From positions 32,001-96,000 of the forward strand of contig CBDATR010000010.1 of the NCBI GenBank assembly GCA_965200155.1: 64,000 nt of DNA. The letters run 5' to 3'. The notes under the pieces were generated by a model that was not told the origin of the DNA, did no database searches, and saw nothing but the letters and a program-made list of their open reading frames with translations. A program made the position numbers and the translations under genes. How positions within the stretch are numbered: position 1 is the first letter of the stretch; every line of letters starts with the position of its first letter. This document shows positions 9,454-18,287 of the stretch, piece by piece. This stretch comes from Nitrosopumilaceae archaeon. Its GTDB lineage: Archaea > Thermoproteota > Nitrososphaeria > Nitrososphaerales > Nitrosopumilaceae.

Positions 9454-10083
9454 GTGGTTAATAAGGGGTTTCCGGCTTTTGGTATAACTCAGAACGGTGT
9501 CCATGTATCCACCCTAAAAAACTACAACCTGCCCGAGTTCATACTGGAGATGATTGCACAGGAGTGTAACTCGAATCTGCTGGAGAAGGGACGGTTGGAT
9601 GACCGATTACAAAGCATGAACGAGCAAGCCCTCAAGATGCTGTACCGCATATTTGTGGACTGCGAAGAAGACGAGGAAGGTAACTTTGCCCATTATCGAT
9701 TCTTTGCACACATATCCAGCGCATTCCACAAATGTGAGATACTTGTTAACGAGTCCATACCGGGCGAATCCGGCAACCACAAGTTTCCTGTTGCAGTCAA
9801 GAATCGCGGCATGTATGTGGCAGTGGCATACAACAAATCAGTCGGCAACTCCGTATCCAAGCGTGAGATAACCCGATTCTATAACATGGTGGACAATGTC
9901 AAGAAGGGGGAGCACGGTACACTATTATCTGAGGCCATATATGGATCATCAGTAGGCATAAAAAATGATGCCATCGAGGAGCTGCAAAGACTTAGCCAAT
10001 CAAGACCCAATGACGAGGAGAACCGTATAGACTTTCGTGTTGCCAACTTTGAAAACAAGATATACACTACAACAAAGTGCTAG
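9454..10083 (+). CDS. Hypothetical protein (start uncertain)
   Basis: Protein-like C-terminal ~200 aa of ORF 9235-10083. In-frame GTG chosen as start. Confidence 0.7.
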   Translation: MVNKGFPAFGITQNGVHVSTLKNYNLPEFILEMIAQECNSNLLEKGRLDDRLQSMNEQALKMLYRIFVDCEEDEEGNFAHYRFFAHISSAFHKCEILVNESIPGESGNHKFPVAVKNRGMYVAVAYNKSVGNSVSKREITRFYNMVDNVKKGEHGTLLSEAIYGSSVGIKNDAIEELQRLSQSRPNDEENRIDFRVANFENKIYTTTKC

Positions 10084-10649
10084 GTCTTGAGACCCAAATC
10101 AGTGGTGTCCATGGTTAGGAATGTGGGTGACTCCCTTACCCTGTTCCCATTCACGTCATAACCCCAGAAAGGCAGATCAGCAAACAGGTGCTTTGTCCAT
10201 ATGTCATGCACATCGGGAATGTACTTCTTGTAGCCCCGCTGCCGCAGCAGCTCGTGTGCTATCTCGTGAGATACAGCAGTGCAGTTATTCCTGGCAACAA
10301 AGGGTAAATCAAAGGGTTCCTTATGCCGCCACCATGCCATCCCGAAATTCTCTGCATGATACCCCTCACACGTACAGTCTGTCCAAAGAGGCCTAAAGTA
10401 TGTCAGGTAGAACCGGTATGTTTCTGCGCCCCTCCGCCTGTGATCCTGCAATAACACGTGCGTGTCTGGTCTCTGCAAAAGGCTCCGTCTGCTAGCGAGC
10501 ATCATATCACACTGTACGTCATATGAGACTCCAAACTCTTTGCGTATCCACACTCCAAAGAATGCGGCCATGCTTTGGATATACTGAAACTCCTCTGTAC
10601 GGGAATTCCTCTCCTCCTCTTTTATCAAGAAAATAAAGTGTAAGTCCAA
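10080..10649 (-). CDS. Hypothetical protein with HExxH motif
   Basis: SHEIAHE motif; co-oriented with neighbours. Confidence 0.75.
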   Translation of the reverse strand: MDLHFIFLIKEEERNSRTEEFQYIQSMAAFFGVWIRKEFGVSYDVQCDMMLASRRSLLQRPDTHVLLQDHRRRGAETYRFYLTYFRPLWTDCTCEGYHAENFGMAWWRHKEPFDLPFVARNNCTAVSHEIAHELLRQRGYKKYIPDVHDIWTKHLFADLPFWGYDVNGNRVRESPTFLTMDTTDLGLKT

Positions 10650-10656
10650 CTCAGCC

Positions 10657-10890
10657 CTATTCCTCGATGCCCATCAAGGTTAGAGTGGAGCGTATACGTT
10701 CTATCTTTCGTATCTTCCAGGAGATGGTCTCCCGTAACTTCTCTGCGGTCTCTAACTCTATCTTGGCCAGTATGTCATAGGCACCAAAGGTGCCGTGGAC
10801 TTCCTTTATGCCCGCTATTCCGCGAAGTTGCTGTATTATGTAATGCTCGTGACCTATTTCGCAATTTATAAGAACAAATGCAGTTGCCAT
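10657..10890 (-). CDS. Lrp/AsnC ligand-binding domain protein
   Basis: AFVLINCE..EVHGTFGAYDILAKI..IRSTLTL. Confidence 0.92.
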   Translation of the reverse strand: MATAFVLINCEIGHEHYIIQQLRGIAGIKEVHGTFGAYDILAKIELETAEKLRETISWKIRKIERIRSTLTLMGIEE

Positions 10891-10924
10891 GAATCATTAT
10901 ACCAAATCCAATATATCAATACAA

Positions 10925-11341
10925 CTAATTAGACATGTCCAGTATTTTGCCCCATATGCCAGTGGGTACGGGCATAAAGGAGAGGCGTCCCATGCGTATC
11001 AATTCCCAATCCTGAAATGATTCCTCCTGTTTCATACGGGCCAGCGTAACGGGCTTTGCGAACGTATTTTGATATTCCACGTCCACCACCACAAACCTGG
11101 GGTTGTCCTCCTCCGGATTTGGATATGGCCCCGATATGGCCTTCATTATTCCCACTGCCTGCCGCTCTTTTCCAGTATGATAATACAGTATCATGTCTCC
11201 GGGTTTCACCTCCCGCAGGTGTATTAGGGCCAGGTTGTTGTGTATGCCGTCCCATACTGTAACTTTGTCTGCTTCTAGTTGTGATATGGGGTATCCTCGT
11301 GGACCGTCCGGCTCCTGCTTTGCAAGCCAGTATCTGGTCAT
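10925..11341 (-). CDS. EVE domain protein
   Basis: YWLAKQEP, WDGIHNNLA, GDMILYYHTG and GRLSFMPV motifs. Confidence 0.92.
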   Translation of the reverse strand: MTRYWLAKQEPDGPRGYPISQLEADKVTVWDGIHNNLALIHLREVKPGDMILYYHTGKERQAVGIMKAISGPYPNPEEDNPRFVVVDVEYQNTFAKPVTLARMKQEESFQDWELIRMGRLSFMPVPTGIWGKILDMSN

Positions 11342-11406
11342 TTGTTTTTTCAAGCGGCATGACACGCATAAACGTTACGAAAATCAAAAAATGGGAAAGA
11401 GTAGTT

Positions 11407-11739
11407 TTAGCCTCGTCCCATAGCTGCATATTTGCCTGAGCGCGCTCGTACAAACAAGGCACCGGCAATACCACCAAAGACTGCACCTGCAATTACTGAA
11501 GCGCCTAATACACCGCTAGCGTCCAGGTATGGTGTTCCTGATCCCGCTCCGGGGTTATCCTGCGCAATCTGTATTCTGCTAGCCTGTATCCTTAGGACTT
11601 CCTCAATGGTGTTCGCACCGGTCTCACCGGCACCACCTACATTGCCCATATACTGCGCATATGCGGCAGAGGTTACACCTGACACGCCCATAACAAGAGC
11701 CATCAAAACACCAGCTGTTAACATTACTCTTCTGTTCAT
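11407..11739 (-). CDS. Small secreted/membrane hypothetical protein
   Basis: Signal peptide (AYAQ) plus C-terminal transmembrane segment. Confidence 0.75.
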   Translation of the reverse strand: MNRRVMLTAGVLMALVMGVSGVTSAAYAQYMGNVGGAGETGANTIEEVLRIQASRIQIAQDNPGAGSGTPYLDASGVLGASVIAGAVFGGIAGALFVRARSGKYAAMGRG

Positions 11740-11834
11740 GGCATTATTTCTTGTACGTATATATTTAAATCTTAATTGTTTTTGTGGCGTGACCATTCAA
11801 GCAAATAGCCTTGTGCCTAAATGGAAATACGCTA

Positions 11835-12606
11835 CTTAAACAATACACGCGTCTTGATGTGTTTGTCTTGTATCACAAATATATGATGCATCTCAAAGGC
11901 ACGGTCTGCCTCCTCCTTGGTCGCCCATATCTTGGTTTTGTATTCATCTCTGTGAGTGACTCAAGGTCTGTTACAGATACACTAATGCCACAGTACGATG
12001 ATACCTTGGAATAGATAACTTTTAGCTCATGCGTATGTACGGGTTCTATTCCGGACCATACCAGTGCAGCTTTTAGGGCTTTCTATGCTGGAGTGATATG
12101 CCCATCCCGCTATTTGATGACGCGCATCAGAATCAGCTTCTGTTGCGAGCAGAAGATCTATGAGTGCATGCTCCATAAACACTGAACCGGACTCCATATC
12201 ATCGGTATGGTTCAAGTTGTATTTTAACATTTGATTACCGTACAACTCTACTCCTAGCAATGCCATTCTTTGCGCTGAGCCGCGCAAATGTGATTTTGTT
12301 TCCAGTATTGAGGGTGTTGTCACTATCATGTCTACATCCATGTTTGCACCGTCCCGGGTGTCATGCATACTAAGGCTTGCCACTTTTATGTTGGTGCCCT
12401 CATGCATTACAACCATGATATCAATGTCGCTATACTTGCCATGGATCCGAACAGTATGACCGATAGTGGGATAAAGTTTTTGACAATTCTGTCACAAATG
12501 AGTCGTATCGCACTGGTGACAGTGTATCTTCCATATCCTGCGGGAGAATGGTTGCGTATTGTACAGCTGGAGTAGCTACTGACTGTGTTTGTGGAATGGT
12601 TGCCAT
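11835..12606 (-). pseudogene. Second fused MNT-HEPN pseudogene
   Basis: VILFGSMA / DIDIMVVMHEGTN / ILETKSHLRGS / WSGIEP fragments homologous to 8276-9200. Multiple frameshifts; end approximate. Confidence 0.75.
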
Positions 12607-12656
12607 ATCATGATTAACACAGTGGTGATATATTAGTCGCATCTAGAACAGCTATA

Positions 12657-12693
12657 TGTGCCTAAATTTACGCACAATGAATCATGAACTCAT
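12657..12693 (-). mobile_element. Internally deleted MITE-A relic
   Basis: TGTGCCTAAATTTACGCACAA...TGAACTCAT. Confidence 0.6.
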
Positions 12694-12796
12694 CTAATCC
12701 GGCTTTGGGGAGGGCAGGATTGTGACTTACTGGTACACTTGACGCCTCTTCATGCTTGTGCTTTTAGCGTGTTTGCTGTGGTGATACTTTCTGGGT

Positions 12797-12879
12797 GTAT
12801 GAGTTTACGTCTTCCGGAATCGTGTGAACTAACTGTCACGATAGGTCGTGCATAAATTTAGACATATACGAACTCATAC
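12797..12879 (+). mobile_element. Diverged MITE-A copy (83 bp)
   Basis: GTATGAGTTTACGTCTTCCGGAA...GAACTCATAC with decayed TSD TTCTGGGT/TTTTGGGC. Confidence 0.85.
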
Positions 12880-13179
12880 TTTTGGGCTATCTGCCTTGGC
12901 GCACAGATTGCTCATTCTACTACATGACTCCAGTATGTCCCCCATAATGGATGATATCTCTACATCATATATGCGATACAGGGATCGGCGACCCTGGCTC
13001 CTACACACGACTAACCCGCACTCCCGCAGTATCCTCAGATGGTGTGATATCAGTGCCTGATCCCTGTTGGCCCTCTGTGTGATATCATTTACTGACAGTT
13101 CCGCATTATTTCTTAGCATCCCCAGTATGGAGAACCGTGTTTCCTCGCATATGGTAGATAATAGTTCTAACTGATTCAT
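12874..13179 (-). CDS. arsR: ArsR/SmtB family regulator
   Basis: ELSVNDI..QALISHHLRILRECGLV..GRRSLYRI; divergent from arsC. Confidence 0.88.
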   Translation of the reverse strand: MNQLELLSTICEETRFSILGMLRNNAELSVNDITQRANRDQALISHHLRILRECGLVVCRSQGRRSLYRIYDVEISSIMGDILESCSRMSNLCAKADSPKV

Positions 13180-13220
13180 AAATTTAGATTTATATTAATA
13201 GAGATTTATATGTTTAATGA

Positions 13221-13616
13221 ATGGGGCAGGTACTATTCGTATGCGTGGAGAACGCCGGACGCAGCCTCATGGCTGAGACCTTTCTGAAAAAATATGCTCC
13301 CCATATTCAGGTATCTAGCGCGGGCACCAATCCTGCATGTAAGCCAAACCCCATGGTGGTGCAAGTCATGAGAGAGGTTGGCATAGACATTGATGCCACG
13401 CCCAAGGCGCTGAGTGCGGGCGCACTCCTGGAGTACCATACAATAGTTAACATGGGGTGCATGGACAGTGACTCCTGTCCCGCATTATTCCTGAATGATA
13501 TAGATAACTGGGGCATCCCGGATCCCAAGGGCAAGTCCATTGAGGATGTGCGGATAATTCGGGATTTAATCGAGTCAAAGGTCCGGGACATGACAAGAAC
13601 ACTAGACCAGGTATGA
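13221..13616 (+). CDS. arsC: Arsenate reductase (LMW-PTP fold)
   Basis: CVENAGRS, SAGT, MGC..CP and WGIPDPKG motifs. Confidence 0.9.
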   Translation: MGQVLFVCVENAGRSLMAETFLKKYAPHIQVSSAGTNPACKPNPMVVQVMREVGIDIDATPKALSAGALLEYHTIVNMGCMDSDSCPALFLNDIDNWGIPDPKGKSIEDVRIIRDLIESKVRDMTRTLDQV

Positions 13617-14257
13617 GAATATTCGCCGCGGAGGCAGTTGGCACATTTGGACTCATGATTGCCGCTACCGGTTCCATAGTCTATGACGGGATGAACAATC
13701 AGACATACGGACTGGGTTTCATCGCCCTTATGCACATGCTGGGACTCTGGTTTCTGGTGTTCGTATTTGGCCGCTACTCCATGGCACACTTTAACCCTGT
13801 AGTGACGCTGGGTTTTGCCATTGCCGGTCACACAAGATGGAGGGCAGTACCTGTGTATCTTGGGGCCCAGGCACTGGGGGCCCTGGCGGGCAGTTTCTTT
13901 GTATTGTATGTTATGGGTAATTATGCTGATTTGGGACTAAATCGGCCCGATTATGCATACTCCATTCCCGTACTGTTCGGCGTGGAGACAATAGCCACCA
14001 TACTGCTGATGGGTTCCATTCTGTGTGCGGTGCGCGTGAAAATGGCTGCGCCCGTTGTGGGTTTGGTGGTGGGCGGGATGGTTGCCCTGGATGTATGGTT
14101 CTTTGGACCGGTATCTGGCGCCTCCATGAATCCCATACGGTCTTTTGCCCCGGCCCTGGTTACGGGCATTGTGGGGGATCTCTGGCTATACATGACTGCC
14201 CCTCTAGCCGGGGTACTTATACCCTCTGTCATTTACCGTATTCTGGACAGGCGTTAA
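13613..14257 (+). CDS. MIP/aquaporin, putative arsenite channel
   Basis: HFNPVVT and GASMNPIRS (NPV/NPI variants); coupled to arsC. Confidence 0.92.
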   Translation: MRIFAAEAVGTFGLMIAATGSIVYDGMNNQTYGLGFIALMHMLGLWFLVFVFGRYSMAHFNPVVTLGFAIAGHTRWRAVPVYLGAQALGALAGSFFVLYVMGNYADLGLNRPDYAYSIPVLFGVETIATILLMGSILCAVRVKMAAPVVGLVVGGMVALDVWFFGPVSGASMNPIRSFAPALVTGIVGDLWLYMTAPLAGVLIPSVIYRILDRR

Positions 14258-14285
14258 ATGAGAGGAATTACTGTATCCTTCTATC

Positions 14286-14600
14286 ATGGATGAAGCGGTA
14301 CGGGCAAAACTTGTTACAATCGGCAGGCGCAGTGGCATGAATCACACGGTAATGCTGCGGGCGGTAATGTATGGTGGGGACTTTTACTTTTCACGCCACC
14401 GTCCGGACTCGGACTGGTTCCTTAATGCTGTGTCCAACCCACAAGTACAAATCGCATATGAGGATATAATAATATCCGGTACTGCCTCCAGGGTGGATGA
14501 TGAGGATATAATGAGTATCGTATCCAATCTCAAGTATCCCGGAGAAGCCAGGGCGCATGAGAGACGCGTCATGATACGAGTCCGCCCTGTTACTACATGA
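14286..14600 (+). CDS. Deazaflavin-dependent nitroreductase-like split-barrel protein
   Basis: LVTIGRRSG..H, SDWFLNAVSNPQV. Confidence 0.75.
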   Translation: MDEAVRAKLVTIGRRSGMNHTVMLRAVMYGGDFYFSRHRPDSDWFLNAVSNPQVQIAYEDIIISGTASRVDDEDIMSIVSNLKYPGEARAHERRVMIRVRPVTT

Positions 14601-15231
14601 CATGTATGATGGTGCTCACGCCCCGCCGTTCTGTCTCTGTTCCATTCTCTGTCTCGCAGACTGTTATGGTGAATGATATTACATCCCGCTGATGACTGTC
14701 TGCGTGTAACGTGAGGGATATGTCCATATCATCATACTCTGTGCTTGATATGTCGCCGCTAATGGTTACCGGGCATGTAGATTCGACACGGAATAGGTCG
14801 TTGTGGAAGTGAAAACCCAGCCTGGTTTGCCGCCCCTCCCTGCCGGTAGCGCGTACTCGCACTGGAATGGCGCCGGGCCCGGCCTTGCAGTAGCCTGCGG
14901 TCTTGTTCACAAATACGCCTATGGGAAATGGCTTCCCTGCAGTAGCCTCGGCCATCTTTTGTATTCCGTCATTCATTATGACATCTATGCTCTTTATGGT
15001 GGTGCCTACCTTGGCTATCCACTGGTTGGTGCGGGTTATGGTGCCGTCTATCTCGTCCCGGCGGCTTGCATCCTCTTGCGGGGGCAATTTGTAATAGTCC
15101 ACCCATGCCTTGTAGTCGTTGGATATGTCCTGGATAAAGTCCATACACGTGATTTTGTAGTTTTGCTCGGATTGTGGACCATCATCATCTGATGGCAGAC
15201 TATCCATGGGCAGGGCCATGGTATGTGTCAT
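14593..15231 (-). CDS. Hypothetical protein
   Basis: 212-aa ORF filling the gap, divergent from cofG. Confidence 0.7.
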   Translation of the reverse strand: MTHTMALPMDSLPSDDDGPQSEQNYKITCMDFIQDISNDYKAWVDYYKLPPQEDASRRDEIDGTITRTNQWIAKVGTTIKSIDVIMNDGIQKMAEATAGKPFPIGVFVNKTAGYCKAGPGAIPVRVRATGREGRQTRLGFHFHNDLFRVESTCPVTISGDISSTEYDDMDISLTLHADSHQRDVISFTITVCETENGTETERRGVSTIIHVM

Positions 15232-15295
15232 GATTTACCTTGTTAAAAACGGCTCTGGTTGGAATGTACATCTGTCATGCAAGAATAAATAGACA

Positions 15296-16483
15296 TTGAG
15301 AAGTATAGTCTTGTTGAGCGAGCTGGTGCTGGATTCTGAGCCCCTGAACCGCATAATGGATGGCAGAAAAGTCAGCCTACAGGAATGTGCACAAGTGTAT
15401 GATGAGGCACTGAAAAGCCCACGACAGATATACGAGGTGGCATCGGCAATTAGGCATACCCACAAGGGCAGGACAATTACATTCTCCAAGAAGGCGTTTC
15501 TAAACGTAATAAACCTGTGCAGGGATACGTGCTCATACTGCACATACAAGGCTCAGCCCACACAGGACAAGCTCTCCATGATGGACAAGAATGTTGTTAG
15601 TAGTATGTTGGACTTGGCCAAGCGATACCGGTGCGTCGAGGCATTATTAGTCACCGGCGAGAGGCCCGAAGAGGTATACCCGGAAGCCCGTCGGTGGTTG
15701 CATGATCAGGGTTATTCATCCACTCCCGAGTATCTGGCATTTATATCAGAGATGGCCCTTCAGGCCGGGCTATTCCCCCATACAAATGGGGGCAACCTGG
15801 AATCAGATGAGCTGCGCAAACTGGCCGAGACCAACGTTTCAGTGGGACTAATGCTGGAGAGTACAAGTAATGGATTGATGGACAGGGGGATGGCCCATCA
15901 CTTGGCCCCCAGCAAGGAGCCCGGCGCCAGACTGAGGACACTCCGGGAGGCTGGAATCTTGGGGATTCCCACTACCACTGGCATTCTGGTGGGTATAGGC
16001 GAGAGCATACATGATGATATAGAGTCACTGATTGCCATACGGGACATGCATGAACGGTACGGCCACATACAGGAGACCATAATACAGAATTTTGTGCCAA
16101 AACATGATACAGCAATGAGGGTCGCCCCGGCTGCCGACACTGGCCGATTCATGATTCTTGTAGCGCTGGCCCGCGTCATAATGCCAGACATGAATATACA
16201 GATTCCACCCAATCTCTCGCCGGAGACGTATCAAGATTATGTCAATCTGGGCATAAATGACTGGGGGGGTATATCGCCTCTTACTCCGGACTTTGTGAAC
16301 CCGGAGTTTGGCTGGCCTGCCATACGAGAGGTGGAGGGCAGGTGTGTAGATGCCGGTTACACACTGCAGTGCCGGTTTCCCGTCTACCCTGAGTTCATGC
16401 ACATGTGTAATAATCGTCTTCAGGATGTGATGTATGCAATCTCTGATGGTGCCGGACTGGTGGAGGAGTGGTATTGGCGCTAG
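15296..16483 (+). CDS. cofG: FO synthase subunit 1
   Basis: ITFSKK, CRDTCSYC, FPHTN, QIPPNL and DWGGISP motifs. Confidence 0.95.
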   Translation: MRSIVLLSELVLDSEPLNRIMDGRKVSLQECAQVYDEALKSPRQIYEVASAIRHTHKGRTITFSKKAFLNVINLCRDTCSYCTYKAQPTQDKLSMMDKNVVSSMLDLAKRYRCVEALLVTGERPEEVYPEARRWLHDQGYSSTPEYLAFISEMALQAGLFPHTNGGNLESDELRKLAETNVSVGLMLESTSNGLMDRGMAHHLAPSKEPGARLRTLREAGILGIPTTTGILVGIGESIHDDIESLIAIRDMHERYGHIQETIIQNFVPKHDTAMRVAPAADTGRFMILVALARVIMPDMNIQIPPNLSPETYQDYVNLGINDWGGISPLTPDFVNPEFGWPAIREVEGRCVDAGYTLQCRFPVYPEFMHMCNNRLQDVMYAISDGAGLVEEWYWR

Positions 16484-17730
16484 CCACTTGTGCTGATGCA
16501 TTGTTCCGGGAGGTGGATCCCGTCATTGCAGAGATACTACAGCGGGCGCTGTCAGGCAGGGAGATAAGCGTGAAACAGGGCATGATTTTGTACGGTTCTC
16601 GGGGCATGGCTTTTCATTTAACGGGGATGGTGGCCGACCAGATTCGCCGTGACCGGGTGAGCGATGTCGTGACTTACGTGGTGAACAGGAACATTAACTT
16701 TACAAATGTCTGCATAAAGCAGTGCGGGTTCTGCGCCTTTAGCAGGGACTTTAGGGAAGAGGAGGGATACATGCTTCCGGTACAGGAGATAGTTCGCCGT
16801 GCACAGGAAGCCCGGCGGATGGGGGCAACGGAGGTCTGCATTCAGGCTGGACTGCCGCCGGATATGGAGCCGGACACATATGAGAGGATTTGTCGGGCAA
16901 TCAAGGAGTCGGTACCAAATATTCACATTCATGGGTTCTCTCCCGAAGAAGTGCTGTATGGTTCCCAGAGGGCTGGCGTAACCATACGGCAGTATATCTC
17001 GAGATTGCGGGATGCCGGGACAGACACCCTTCCGGGCACATCCGCAGAGATACTGGATCAAGGTTTGCGGGATACCATATCACCGGGCCGTATCACGGTA
17101 AGGCAGTGGGGGGAGGTGATACGAACCGCCCACTCTCTTGGTATGCGCACCACTGCTACCATGATGTTTGGTCACATGGAAAGTGTAGAGCAGCGTATAC
17201 GGCATATGGTAATGATACGAGATATTCAAAAAGATACCGGTGGATTTACCGAGTTTGTACCATTGAATTTTATCGCCCAGGAGGCGCCCATGTACAGGCA
17301 TAACCTGCATGACGGTATGAGTGCCGGTGCCGGGGGCACCGACATATTGCTGACCCATGCCATATCCCGTATAATGCTGAATAATATAACGAACATTCAG
17401 GTCTCCTGGGTCAAGGAGGGAATGCAAATGTCACAATTACTATTGAATTGGGGCGCCAACGACATGGGGGGCACTCTGATAAACGAGAGTATATCCACCT
17501 CTGCCGGTGCCACCCATGGTCAGCTGATACGGCCATCTCGAATGCGAGAAATCATACGGGAAGCCGGTCGCATACCCGCGGAACGAACAACCACTTATGG
17601 TATATTGAGGCGGTTTGACTCCAAGCCCGCTGTCAATGACCCCTTGGATGTTGCAGACTCCGCGGACTTTGGGTCGTATGCACAATTAATCAAGATAGAT
17701 AAGTTTCGGTACAGTAATCCCCGCGCCTAG
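16468..17730 (+). CDS. cofH: FO synthase subunit 2
   Basis: VTYVVNRNINFTNVC..CGFC, PGTSAEIL, QVSWVKEG motifs. Confidence 0.95.
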   Translation: MVLALATCADALFREVDPVIAEILQRALSGREISVKQGMILYGSRGMAFHLTGMVADQIRRDRVSDVVTYVVNRNINFTNVCIKQCGFCAFSRDFREEEGYMLPVQEIVRRAQEARRMGATEVCIQAGLPPDMEPDTYERICRAIKESVPNIHIHGFSPEEVLYGSQRAGVTIRQYISRLRDAGTDTLPGTSAEILDQGLRDTISPGRITVRQWGEVIRTAHSLGMRTTATMMFGHMESVEQRIRHMVMIRDIQKDTGGFTEFVPLNFIAQEAPMYRHNLHDGMSAGAGGTDILLTHAISRIMLNNITNIQVSWVKEGMQMSQLLLNWGANDMGGTLINESISTSAGATHGQLIRPSRMREIIREAGRIPAERTTTYGILRRFDSKPAVNDPLDVADSADFGSYAQLIKIDKFRYSNPRA

Positions 17731-17743
17731 AGTCGCGCAAACC

Positions 17744-17921
17744 GTAACCGCTTGGGCCGCTCAAGATGTGTGCCAGCAAGTCGGGGACTAAATCCGGCCA
17801 TTCCACTAGCATAACAAGCATACGTTGGGGTCGCCGGTTACCATTCTGTACCGGTTTGCTTATGCTTACTGGTTTTTTGTCATGAAAACCCGCCTCGATT
17901 AGAAGCGACCTAAACGGTTAC
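17744..17921. mobile_element. MITE-B copy with 9-bp TSD
   Basis: gcgcaaacc[GTAACCGCTTGGGCCGC...GCGACCTAAACGGTTAC]gcgcaaacc. Confidence 0.9.
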
Positions 17922-17962
17922 GCGCAAACCTGTTAGCGGGAAATATGGGTCATAATCGTTTA

Positions 17963-18054
17963 GTATGAGTTCACGTCTTCTGTAATCTTATGTACAAATC
18001 ACATTAACTGTCGCGATCAGTTATGCGTAAATTTAGACACAGGTGAACTCATAC
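17963..18054 (+). mobile_element. MITE-A copy
   Basis: 92 bp, TSD ATCGTTTA. Confidence 0.97.
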
Positions 18055-18094
18055 ATCGTTTAAGCCGTCCCGGACTCAGTGACGCTTATTCCTG

Positions 18095-18186
18095 GTATGA
18101 GTTCACGTCTTCCGGAATCTTGTGCACAAATCACATTAACTGTCGCGATCAGTTGTGCGTAAATTTAGACACAGGTGAACTCATAC
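18095..18186 (+). mobile_element. MITE-A copy
   Basis: 92 bp, TSD TATTCCTG. Confidence 0.97.
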
Positions 18187-18287
18187 TATTCCTGCGGGGA
18201 CTCGTTCAATATATCGTCTATGCTTGCGGTGACCTAAACTTGAACGGTTACTATATCAGTCAAAATCAGGGTTCACCCGTGGTGGCA

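Larger units (their letters stand above)
17952..18251. mobile_element. Degenerate MITE-B carrying two MITE-A insertions
   Basis: Reconstructed left end ATAATCGTTTAAGCC; right end GTGACCTAAAC(TTGAAC)GGTTAC. Confidence 0.6.
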
